Part shown: piece after piece, positions 1 to 7,750 of the stretch
Layout: each line of letters begins with the position of its first letter
Position numbering within the stretch: position 1 is the first letter of the stretch
From: a candidate division WOR-3 bacterium
GTDB lineage: Bacteria > Hydrothermota > UBA3072 > B12-G15
Assembly: GCA_965649055.1 (NCBI GenBank)
Contig: CBFGJG010000035.1
Span: 1-21,815, forward strand
DNA length: 21,815 nt
Reading direction: 5' to 3'
Notes under the pieces: model-generated
The model's input: the letters and a program-made list of their open reading frames with translations, nothing else
Told to the model about the DNA's origin: nothing
The model's database searches: none
Position numbers and translations under genes: made by a program

Positions 1-37
1 ATTCAATAATTTTTTCTTTAATTTTTTTTTCAAACAT
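1..37 (-). CDS. Possible 5' start of a divergent gene running off the window edge (MFEKKIKEKIIE...)
   Basis: ATG at 37-35 on the minus strand, open to position 1, preceded by a promoter-like TTGAAT-N16-TAAAAT. Only 12 codons are visible, so the product is unknown. Confidence 0.4.
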   Translation of the reverse strand, partial: MFEKKIKEKIIE

Positions 38-43
38 ATTTTT

Positions 44-71
44 ATTTTATAAATAAAAAAACATTATTCAA
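44..71 (-). promoter_or_regulatory. Putative sigma70-type promoter for the divergent gene
   Basis: Minus strand TTGAAT (71-66), 16-nt spacer, TAAAAT (49-44). The ATG follows 6 nt later. Confidence 0.4.
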
Positions 72-79
72 GAAAAAAC

Positions 80-107
80 TTGACTTTATAAAAAATATAT
101 TTATAAT
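80..107 (+). promoter_or_regulatory. Putative sigma70-type promoter of the RRM gene
   Basis: TTGACT (80-85), 16-nt spacer, perfect TATAAT (102-107). Confidence 0.7.
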
Positions 108-118
108 GAAATTAGAAT

Positions 119-209
119 TAGAAACATTAACTTTAAAAATTTACCTGGGATAAATGAATTTTCTTTATCTCTAAAAAGAATATTTCTGGAAATAAAAGTA
201 ATGTTTCTA
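119..209 (+). promoter_or_regulatory. Candidate structured 5' leader RNA
   Basis: TAGAAACATTA (119-129) is the exact reverse complement of TAATGTTTCTA (199-209), extended by CTTT/AAAG after a 1-nt bulge. The stem encloses three small hairpins. Confidence 0.45.
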
Positions 210-232
210 TTATAACCAAAAAGGAGTGATAG

Positions 233-499
233 ATGCAAAGTAGTAAACTTTATGTTGGCAATCTCAACTATGCTGTAACTAAAGAACAACTTGAAGAATT
301 GTTCTCAAAATTCGGTGAAGTTAAAAATGTGAACCTTTTTGAAGGAAAGGGTTTTGGTTTCGTTGAAATGGCAAATATTGAAGATGCAGAGAAAGCAATG
401 CAGTCTCTGAATAACACACCATTTGAAGGCAGGAATCTAAAAGTAGAAGAAGCAAGACCACCAAGGAAAGACAAAAGAGAAAGAAAGAGAAGATATTAA
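233..499 (+). CDS. Single-RRM RNA-binding protein
   Basis: RNP2 KLYVGNL, RNP1 KGFGFVEM, terminal GRNLKVEEAR, basic tail. SD AAGGAG at 221-226. Confidence 0.95.
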   Translation: MQSSKLYVGNLNYAVTKEQLEELFSKFGEVKNVNLFEGKGFGFVEMANIEDAEKAMQSLNNTPFEGRNLKVEEARPPRKDKRERKRRY

Positions 500-517
500 G
501 ATTTCAAAAATTTATTA

Positions 518-546
518 TTGACATATTCTTAATTTAATTTTAAAAT
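518..546 (+). promoter_or_regulatory. Putative sigma70-type promoter of the lepB-pilB operon (likely leaderless)
   Basis: TTGACA (518-523), 17-nt spacer, TAAAAT (541-546). The GTG start is at 553 with no SD. Confidence 0.7.
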
Positions 547-552
547 ATAATT

Positions 553-1254
553 GTGAAAAAAAATTTCTGGAATGAATTAAGATCCTACATAGTTGGAATT
601 TTATTCGTTCTTTTTATAAGGGCTTTTTTTATACAGACATATCATGTTCCAACCGGTTCAATGGAGAAAACAATTCAGATTGGAGATTTTCTCATAGTGA
701 ACAGGTTTGTTTATGGAATGAAGATACCATTCACAGATAAATATTTTTTAAGATTTTCTTACCCTAAAAGATTTGACATCGTTGTATTCACATATCCTCT
801 TGGAAAATCTAATTTTGTAAAAAGACTCATCGGGCTACCTGGGGATACGATTGAAATAAAAAATAAGGTTGTTTATCTTAATGGGAATGAATTGAAAGAA
901 GATTACACACAGTTTATTGACAGGAATGTATATCCACACATAAGAGATATTATGAAACAAAATATTTCTGATAAAGAGTATCAATATTTTTGGGAAAACA
1001 GAAACTTCAAAAGAACCGCAAATGTTCGTGATAATTTTGGTCCTATTATTGTTCCCGAAAATTGCGTTTTTGTTCTTGGTGATAATCGTGATAACTCCGA
1101 TGATTCAAGATTCTGGGGTCCTCTACCAATTGATAATATTTCAGGTGTTCCAATCTTTATTTACTGGTCTATGTCTAGAAATGTTCCTTTGAGCAATTTC
1201 TTTAACAAGATAAGATGGTCAAGGATTGGACACTCAATAAAATGGAGGAAATAA
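553..1254 (+). CDS. lepB: Signal peptidase I (S26)
   Basis: N-terminal TM, catalytic Ser box VPTGSMEKT, Lys box FVKRLIGLPGD, box E LGDNRDNSDDSRFWG. Confidence 0.96.
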   Translation: MKKNFWNELRSYIVGILFVLFIRAFFIQTYHVPTGSMEKTIQIGDFLIVNRFVYGMKIPFTDKYFLRFSYPKRFDIVVFTYPLGKSNFVKRLIGLPGDTIEIKNKVVYLNGNELKEDYTQFIDRNVYPHIRDIMKQNISDKEYQYFWENRNFKRTANVRDNFGPIIVPENCVFVLGDNRDNSDDSRFWGPLPIDNISGVPIFIYWSMSRNVPLSNFFNKIRWSRIGHSIKWRK

Positions 1255-2922
1255 ATGGCTAAAAAACTTGGGGAATTATTACTTGAAAAAAACCTTGTTT
1301 CAAAAGAGCAGATCGCAAATGCCCTTAAGAAACAAAAAGAAGAAGGTGGAAGATTAGGTTCTATACTTGTAAATCTTGGTTATATAACTGACAATAAATT
1401 GATAGAAGTTTTGAGTGAACAATTCGGTGTTCCTGCTGTTGATATCAATAATGTCCAGGTTGACGAAAATGTGACGAAACTTATTCCGCAGAATATCGCC
1501 GAAAAACTGCTTGTCTTTCCTTTTAAAAGGGATGGTAAATCTTTACACCTTGTAATGGCAAACCCTTCTGATATATATGTTGTGGAAGATATAAAATTTC
1601 TTACAGGATTTGATATAGTGACATATGTTGCTTCTGAAAATATGATTAGAAAAGCAATAGAAAAATACTATGGCGTAGGTGGAAAACTTGCAGAAGTCCT
1701 AAGTGAGATGGAAAAGGTTGAAGTCCTTGAAGAGGAAAAAGAGGAAGAGATTTCTGTTTCCGATATTGAAGCTGCACCTGTTGTTAAACTTGTTGATAGT
1801 ATGATTGCAGAAGCTGTAAAAAGAAATGCTTCTGATATACACATTGAACCTTATAAGAAAGTTCTTCGCGTCAGATTCAGGATTGATGGTGTTCTTCATG
1901 AAGCAATGTCACCACAATACATTTTTGGCCCTGCAATAGTTTCAAGGATAAAACTACTTTCAAAACTTGATATCGCAAATAGAAGACTTCCACAAGATGG
2001 TCATATAAATATGAAGGTAGGAAAAGAAGAAGTCGACTTAAGGGTATCAACATTACCAGTAACACATGGAGAAAAAGTTGTTATAAGGATTGCAAAAAAA
2101 AGCGGAATAGGTATAGAGATAGAATCCCTTGGTCTTGTTGGGAAAGCTTACAACGATTTTATTAATGCACTTGAAAGACCGAATGGTATTATACTTGTAA
2201 CAGGACCTACCGGTAGCGGTAAAACTGTAACATTATATTCTGCATTGAACAGATTAAATAAGCCTGGGGTGAATATTATGACCGCAGAAGATCCTGTGGA
2301 ATACGATCTTCACGGGATCAATCAAGTTGGAATAAAAGATGAAATTGGTTTATCATTCTCAATTGCTTTAAGGGCATTCCTAAGACAGGACCCTGATATC
2401 ATAATGGTTGGAGAGATAAGGGATAAAGATACAGCTGAGATTGCAATCAGGGCAGCATTGACCGGACATCTTGTGCTTTCAACACTCCATACAAACGATA
2501 CTGCTTCTTCAATAGCAAGGCTTGTTGATATGGGTATCCCACCCTACCTTATTGCATCTTCACTAATTCTTGTTGAGGCACAAAGGTTGGTCAGGAAGGT
2601 TTGCAACAAATGTAAAAAACCTTTCAAACCGAGGGAAGATGAACTGATGTTTTTCAACCTCCCGGAAGGGGATTATACATTTTATAAAGGTGAAGGATGT
2701 CTTGAGTGCAACAATACAGGTTATAAGGGAAGAATAGGTGTTTTTGAGGTTCTTCCGGTAACACCAAAAATAAGAAGGATGATAGTAGAGAATAAAACAT
2801 CAGATGAAATATTTGAACAGGCAAAGGGAGAAGGAATGAAATCATTAAGAGAAGACGGGCTTGATAAGGTCCTTAAAGGAATAACAACAGCTGAAGAAGT
2901 TATAAGGGTAACCGTTCAATAA
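1255..2922 (+). CDS. pilB: Type IV pilus assembly ATPase, PilB/GspE family, with N-terminal MshEN domain
   Basis: KLGELL...RLGSILVNLGYI MshEN repeats, ASDIHIEP, Walker A GPTGSGKT, TAEDPVE, LRQDPDIIMVGEIRD, GHLVLSTLHTN, CxxC...CxxC zinc site. Abuts lepB (TAAATG); SD GGAGG lies inside the lepB 3' end. Confidence 0.93.
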   Translation: MAKKLGELLLEKNLVSKEQIANALKKQKEEGGRLGSILVNLGYITDNKLIEVLSEQFGVPAVDINNVQVDENVTKLIPQNIAEKLLVFPFKRDGKSLHLVMANPSDIYVVEDIKFLTGFDIVTYVASENMIRKAIEKYYGVGGKLAEVLSEMEKVEVLEEEKEEEISVSDIEAAPVVKLVDSMIAEAVKRNASDIHIEPYKKVLRVRFRIDGVLHEAMSPQYIFGPAIVSRIKLLSKLDIANRRLPQDGHINMKVGKEEVDLRVSTLPVTHGEKVVIRIAKKSGIGIEIESLGLVGKAYNDFINALERPNGIILVTGPTGSGKTVTLYSALNRLNKPGVNIMTAEDPVEYDLHGINQVGIKDEIGLSFSIALRAFLRQDPDIIMVGEIRDKDTAEIAIRAALTGHLVLSTLHTNDTASSIARLVDMGIPPYLIASSLILVEAQRLVRKVCNKCKKPFKPREDELMFFNLPEGDYTFYKGEGCLECNNTGYKGRIGVFEVLPVTPKIRRMIVENKTSDEIFEQAKGEGMKSLREDGLDKVLKGITTAEEVIRVTVQ

Positions 2923-2933
2923 AAGGAGGAAAA

Positions 2934-3176
2934 ATGGCAATAAATGCGTATATAGGGATAAAAGTAAATATCGGTGAAGCAGAAAAAATTCTTGAAGAGC
3001 TTAAAAAAGAAGAATATGTTGTTCAGGCGGATGCAGTAACTGGTTCTTTCGACATAATCGCACTTTTAAGAGCACCTGATTTCCATACCCTTGGTCAATT
3101 TATAGTCCGGAAAATAGGTCATATACAAGGTGTTATAGACACAGAAACATTTCCTATTATAGAGTTTGGAAGATAG
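2934..3176 (+). CDS. Stand-alone Lrp/AsnC ligand-binding (RAM) domain protein
   Basis: 80 aa; AYIGIKV...AVTGSFDII...IQGVIDTET pattern; no HTH domain; strong SD AAGGAGG upstream. Confidence 0.85.
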   Translation: MAINAYIGIKVNIGEAEKILEELKKEEYVVQADAVTGSFDIIALLRAPDFHTLGQFIVRKIGHIQGVIDTETFPIIEFGR

Positions 3177-3207
3177 AATTATAATAAAAATTACACAAAA
3201 TACATAT

Positions 3208-3243
3208 ATCAAATATTGACAAATTTGATTTTTTTTATATTTT
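3208..3243 (+). promoter_or_regulatory. Putative promoter of grpE-dnaK-dnaJ with an overlapping inverted repeat
   Basis: TTGACA (3216-3221), 16 nt, TATTTT (3238-3243). ATCAAAT (3208-3214)-N8-ATTTGAT (3223-3229) brackets the -35. SD GGAGGTG at 3258-3264. Confidence 0.5.
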
Positions 3244-3271
3244 ATAGTATAAAAAACGGAGGTGAAACTTA

Positions 3272-3868
3272 ATGCATAAAAGGAAGGATAAATTCGAGAT
3301 TGCCTCTGAGATTACATCATCAATGCTTGAAGAAAAGGTGCATGAGGCAATCAAAGAAAAAATAGAAAAGATAATTAAAGAGAACGAAGAGTTAAAAAAG
3401 GAAATAAAAGATTATAAAGATAGATACCTCTATGCACTTGCAGACTATGATAATCTAAGAAAGAAAACAAAGAAAGAAAAGGAAGAGATTGCTTTGCTTA
3501 CTAAAGAATATCTTTTTCTGCAGATTCTTCCTTTGATAGATAATTTTGAAAGAGCCTTAAAGGCTATCAAGGATTATTCAGACGAAAATAATGAGATTTC
3601 AAAAGGTGTGGAGATGATACTTAAACAATTTCAACATTTCTTACTCAACGAAGGTGTTGAATCTTTCGAAAGCAAAGGACAGAATTTTGACCCGAGGTTT
3701 CATGAGGCAATTGAGGTTAAAGAAGACGCATCTTTACCAAATAATATAGTTGTTGAAGAATTTGTTAAAGGTTATAAATTCAAAGATAAAATATTAAGAC
3801 CTGCAAAGGTCTCTGTGAACATTATAAAAAAGGAGGTGGAATATGAAAGAACCGATAATAGGGATTGA
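3272..3868 (+). CDS. grpE: Nucleotide exchange factor GrpE
   Basis: [45 protein letters not shown]; lies directly upstream of dnaK. Confidence 0.96.
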   Translation: MHKRKDKFEIASEITSSMLEEKVHEAIKEKIEKIIKENEELKKEIKDYKDRYLYALADYDNLRKKTKKEKEEIALLTKEYLFLQILPLIDNFERALKAIKDYSDENNEISKGVEMILKQFQHFLLNEGVESFESKGQNFDPRFHEAIEVKEDASLPNNIVVEEFVKGYKFKDKILRPAKVSVNIIKKEVEYERTDNRD

Positions 3869-5762
3869 TCTTGGAACAACAAATTCAGTTGTAGCAATAG
3901 TTGATAAAGGTGAACCTGTTGTAATAACCAATGCTGAAGGTGGAAGACTTACACCGTCAGTAGTCACATTCCGTGAAGGTGAAAAGATAGTTGGTATTCA
4001 GGCAAAAAGACAGATGATTATAAATCCTGAAAATACTATTTATTCAATAAAAAGATTTATGGGAAGAAGATACAATGAAGTTGAACAGGAAAAAAAGTAT
4101 GTAACTTATAATGTTGTTGAAGGACCTCATGGTGATGCAAGGGTAAAAATTGGGAACACAATAATATCACCACCCGAGGTTTCAGCATTGATACTTCAGT
4201 ATCTTAAAAAAGCAGCAGAAGATTATCTTGGTAGAGAAGTAAAAAAGGCAGTGATAACTGTTCCGGCATATTTCAACGACGCACAAAGGCAGGCAACAAA
4301 AGATGCAGGAACAATAGCCGGGCTTGAGGTTGTAAGGATTATAAATGAACCAACAGCTGCTTCACTCGCTTATGGTCTTGATAAAAAGAAAAATGAAAAG
4401 ATTGCAGTTTATGACCTTGGAGGAGGAACATTTGATATATCCATTCTTGAAATAGGAGAGGGTGTTTTTGAAGTTCTTTCAACAAATGGAGATACACATC
4501 TTGGTGGTGACGACTTTGACCAAAGAATTGTTAAATGGCTTATTGAAGAATTCAAACAGGAAACAGGTATTGATCTTTCAAACGATAGATCTGCATTGCA
4601 AAGGCTGAGGGAAGCTGCTGAGAAAGCGAAGATTGAATTATCCACCATGCTTGAGACCACAATAAGTCTCCCATTTATCACCGCTGACCATACAGGGCCA
4701 AAGCATCTTGAAAGAAAATTAACGAGGGCGAAACTTGAATTACTCGTAGAAGACCTTATAAAAAGAACTGAGGGACCTGTAAGACAGGCCCTTGAAGATG
4801 CAAAATTAAGACCTGAAGATATTGATGAGGTTATTCTTGTCGGTGGAATGACAAGGATGCCAAAGGTTCAGGAAAAAGTGAAAGAAATTTTCAAGAAAGA
4901 ACCACACAAAGGAGTCAATCCTGATGAAGTTGTTGCAGTTGGTGCAGCAATTCAGGGTGCAGTTCTCGGTGGAGAAGTGAAAGATGTCCTTCTACTTGAT
5001 GTTACACCCCTTTCACTTGGTATAGAAACACTGGGTGGAGTTATGACAACAATAATTGAAAGAAATACTACAATTCCCACAAAGAAAAGCCAGATATTCA
5101 CAACTGCCGAAGATAATCAACCTGCTGTTACAATCCATGTATTACAAGGTGAAAGACCTCTTGCAAAGGACAATAGAACACTTGCAAGATTCGATCTTAT
5201 TGGTATACCACCTGCACCGAGGGGTGTTCCACAGATAGAAGTGACCTTTGAAATAGATGCTGATGGAATCCTCCATGTCTCTGCAAAAGACCTTGCTACC
5301 GCGAAAGAACAGAAGATACATATTCAAGCATCAAGCGGTCTTACCGAAGAAGAGATTAAGAAAATGCAACAGGAAGCTGCTGCACATGCTGAAGAGGATA
5401 AGAGAAAACTTGAGATTATACAAACAAAAAACCAGGCAGATGCACTCATATATTCAGTTGAAAAGTCGTTAAAGGAACTTGGTGATAAGGTTCCAAGTTC
5501 TGAAAGAGAAAAGATACAGAATGCTATTAAGAATCTCAACGAAGCACTGAAAACAGATAATATATATAATATTAGAAACAAAATGGAAGAGTTACAGAAA
5601 GCATCATATTCTATCGCTGAAGAGGTATATAAACAAGCTTCACAGACAACGCATCAGGGAACACAAACTACCCAAACGGAAGAAAGAAAAGAAGAAAAAA
5701 ACGAAGGAGAAGTGAAAGCAGATTATGAAGTCATAGATGAGGAGGAGAATAAGAAAGAGTGA
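3843..5762 (+). CDS. dnaK: Chaperone DnaK (Hsp70)
   Basis: [66 protein letters not shown] upstream. Confidence 0.99.
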   Translation: MKEPIIGIDLGTTNSVVAIVDKGEPVVITNAEGGRLTPSVVTFREGEKIVGIQAKRQMIINPENTIYSIKRFMGRRYNEVEQEKKYVTYNVVEGPHGDARVKIGNTIISPPEVSALILQYLKKAAEDYLGREVKKAVITVPAYFNDAQRQATKDAGTIAGLEVVRIINEPTAASLAYGLDKKKNEKIAVYDLGGGTFDISILEIGEGVFEVLSTNGDTHLGGDDFDQRIVKWLIEEFKQETGIDLSNDRSALQRLREAAEKAKIELSTMLETTISLPFITADHTGPKHLERKLTRAKLELLVEDLIKRTEGPVRQALEDAKLRPEDIDEVILVGGMTRMPKVQEKVKEIFKKEPHKGVNPDEVVAVGAAIQGAVLGGEVKDVLLLDVTPLSLGIETLGGVMTTIIERNTTIPTKKSQIFTTAEDNQPAVTIHVLQGERPLAKDNRTLARFDLIGIPPAPRGVPQIEVTFEIDADGILHVSAKDLATAKEQKIHIQASSGLTEEEIKKMQQEAAAHAEEDKRKLEIIQTKNQADALIYSVEKSLKELGDKVPSSEREKIQNAIKNLNEALKTDNIYNIRNKMEELQKASYSIAEEVYKQASQTTHQGTQTTQTEERKEEKNEGEVKADYEVIDEEENKKE

Positions 5763-6862
5763 CCGAGAAAGTAAAAAGAGATTATTATGAAATATTAGGT
5801 GTTTCAAGAAATGCAACACCAGATGAAATAAAAGCAGCATATAGGAGACTTGCCAAAAAATATCATCCCGATATGAACCCAGACAACAAAGAGGAGGCAA
5901 CAGAGAAATTTAAAGAATTATCAGAAGCATACGAAGTATTAATGGATCCTGAAAAAAGAGCACTATATGATAAATATGGTCATGATGGAGTAAGCGGTAA
6001 ATTTAGAGGTGGTAATTTCACATGGGAAGATTTTTCTCATTTCAGTGATATTGAAGATATTTTTAGTGATTTCTTTGGCGGTAGTATATTTGATTTATTT
6101 GGTGAGAGGACTACAAGGAGAAAACATAGAGGGGAACCTGGCGGTAATATAAAAGTTGTTATTCCATTATCTATTAAGGAGATTGCAACAGGCACGGAGA
6201 AGGAAATAAAGATAAAGAAATTTGTCAAATGTGAAACGTGCAATGGAACCGGTGGTAGACTTGAAGAATGTCCTAATTGCAAAGGTCAAGGTGAAATAAG
6301 AAGGGCTCAAAGGAGTTTCTTCGGTGAATTCATATCAAGGACAACCTGTCCAACCTGTAGAGGTGAAGGACAAATAGTAAAAGAGCCCTGTAGAACGTGC
6401 CATGGTGAAGGAAGAATAAAAGAAGAAAAGAAGATAAAGATTAAAATACCTTCAGGGGTAACAACAGGTAATTATATTACTTTAAGAGGTGAAGGACACC
6501 AAGGCAGAAGAAACGGAATCCCGGGTGATGTTATAGTTGTATTCGAAGAAAAACCTGACGATAAATTTAAAAGAGAGGGATTAGACTTAAAAGTTAAAAT
6601 GTTTATACCTTTTAAAATCGCTGCTCTTGGTGGAGAAATTGAAATACCAACGTTAAATGGGAAGAAAAGGATAAATATTCAGCCTGGTTTGCAATCCGGA
6701 AGTATCCTTAAATTTAAAGGTGAAGGTATCAGAAATATTGAGGGGACAAGGATCGGAGATTTGCTTGTTGAAGTTAATGTGTATGTGCCTAAAAAGATTA
6801 ACTCAAAGGCTAAAAAATTAATTGAAGAACTTGATTCATTAATTGAAAGACCAAATGAATAG
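5759..6862 (+). CDS. dnaJ: Chaperone DnaJ (class A)
   Basis: J domain with HPD, G/F-rich region, four CxxCxGxG repeats. The GTG start overlaps the dnaK stop (GTGA). Confidence 0.98.
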   Translation: MTEKVKRDYYEILGVSRNATPDEIKAAYRRLAKKYHPDMNPDNKEEATEKFKELSEAYEVLMDPEKRALYDKYGHDGVSGKFRGGNFTWEDFSHFSDIEDIFSDFFGGSIFDLFGERTTRRKHRGEPGGNIKVVIPLSIKEIATGTEKEIKIKKFVKCETCNGTGGRLEECPNCKGQGEIRRAQRSFFGEFISRTTCPTCRGEGQIVKEPCRTCHGEGRIKEEKKIKIKIPSGVTTGNYITLRGEGHQGRRNGIPGDVIVVFEEKPDDKFKREGLDLKVKMFIPFKIAALGGEIEIPTLNGKKRINIQPGLQSGSILKFKGEGIRNIEGTRIGDLLVEVNVYVPKKINSKAKKLIEELDSLIERPNE

Positions 6863-7750
6863 CTATAAAGAAAATAATTTTTTGAAATTTGTGATAAGAC
6901 TGCCTAATTTGAATTTAAAAAGAAAATAGGTCAAAAAGATAATAAATATAACAAAAATTGTTACTTCAACAAAATTTCCTATTTTTTTGTAATCTATCTT
7001 TATCTTCCTTCTTTCAATTTCTTCCTCTTCAAACTTTTCAGGCTTTTCTTCCTTAGTAAGAAGACCAAGCTCTATAAGATTAAAAAGAGCATTATAAGTT
7101 CTAAATTTTCCAAGACCGCTTTTTTCAATATAATCTTTCACCCTCATCCCATCCGAATGAATGTTTAAGATAACCTCTTCTTCCTTCCCAATTTCAACAT
7201 CAATCTTTTTTTTATCTGTGGAGAACAATTTAATATCAGGGTCATTTAAAACCTCTTTTATTCTTGGCCATTCATCAATCCTTCTTGCACCTTCCATAAG
7301 TAATGCATTAGGTTCAATTGCAACCTCTATCTTTCCCTCTTTATAAATCTGTTGATTAGGTTGAAAGGAATAAGTCCCTTCTTTCCAGGTCAAAACTTCA
7401 TCAAGTATTTCCTGTATTTTAAATTTGATTATCGATTTTATCTCATCCATTGTAATTATATTTTCTTCTAGAAGGACTTCGTATATCGGTCGATTTTCTG
7501 ATTTTGTCATAGATTTGTATCTTTTTAATTCTTCAGATGTCATTTTCCCTGAATTTACTATGAATTCTTCGAGTGGCTTAAACATATCCTGTTTTCCATA
7601 GAGTGCTCCGGAAACTTTTCCATTTAAAAAACCAAAAGATATTTCTTCATTTTTATTTTTGAATGTTAAAACGCCATCACCCTCATGTAAGGCAACAAAT
7701 TGAAATACCTCCGGGACCGGAAATTCCTCAATCTTTCCCTTAAGAGCCAT
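6863..7750 (-). CDS. DUF4388 (PatA-N-like) domain protein with C-terminal transmembrane anchor
   Basis: MALKGKIEEFPVPEVFQFV start, WKEGTYSF, LLMEGARRIDEW motifs typical of DUF4388; a wHTH-like segment (GLGKFRTYNALFNLIELGLL); hydrophobic C-terminal helix. Confidence 0.85.
   Translation of the reverse strand: MALKGKIEEFPVPEVFQFVALHEGDGVLTFKNKNEEISFGFLNGKVSGALYGKQDMFKPLEEFIVNSGKMTSEELKRYKSMTKSENRPIYEVLLEENIITMDEIKSIIKFKIQEILDEVLTWKEGTYSFQPNQQIYKEGKIEVAIEPNALLMEGARRIDEWPRIKEVLNDPDIKLFSTDKKKIDVEIGKEEEVILNIHSDGMRVKDYIEKSGLGKFRTYNALFNLIELGLLTKEEKPEKFEEEEIERRKIKIDYKKIGNFVEVTIFVIFIIFLTYFLFKFKLGSLITNFKKLFSL

Noticed and set aside
119..209. The 11-bp inverted repeat read as MITE ends
   Set aside because: No clear target-site duplication, no second copy and no transposase in the window. 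Its position between promoter and SD favours an RNA leader.
101..289. 62-aa minus-strand ORF over the RRM leader
   Set aside because: It overlaps the RRM gene in antisense, has no recognisable motif, and is typical of AT-rich shadow ORFs.
5630..5762. Q/T- and E/K-rich low-complexity DnaK tail
   Set aside because: An ordinary disordered DnaK C-terminus ending in a DYEVID-type motif, not a DNA repeat.
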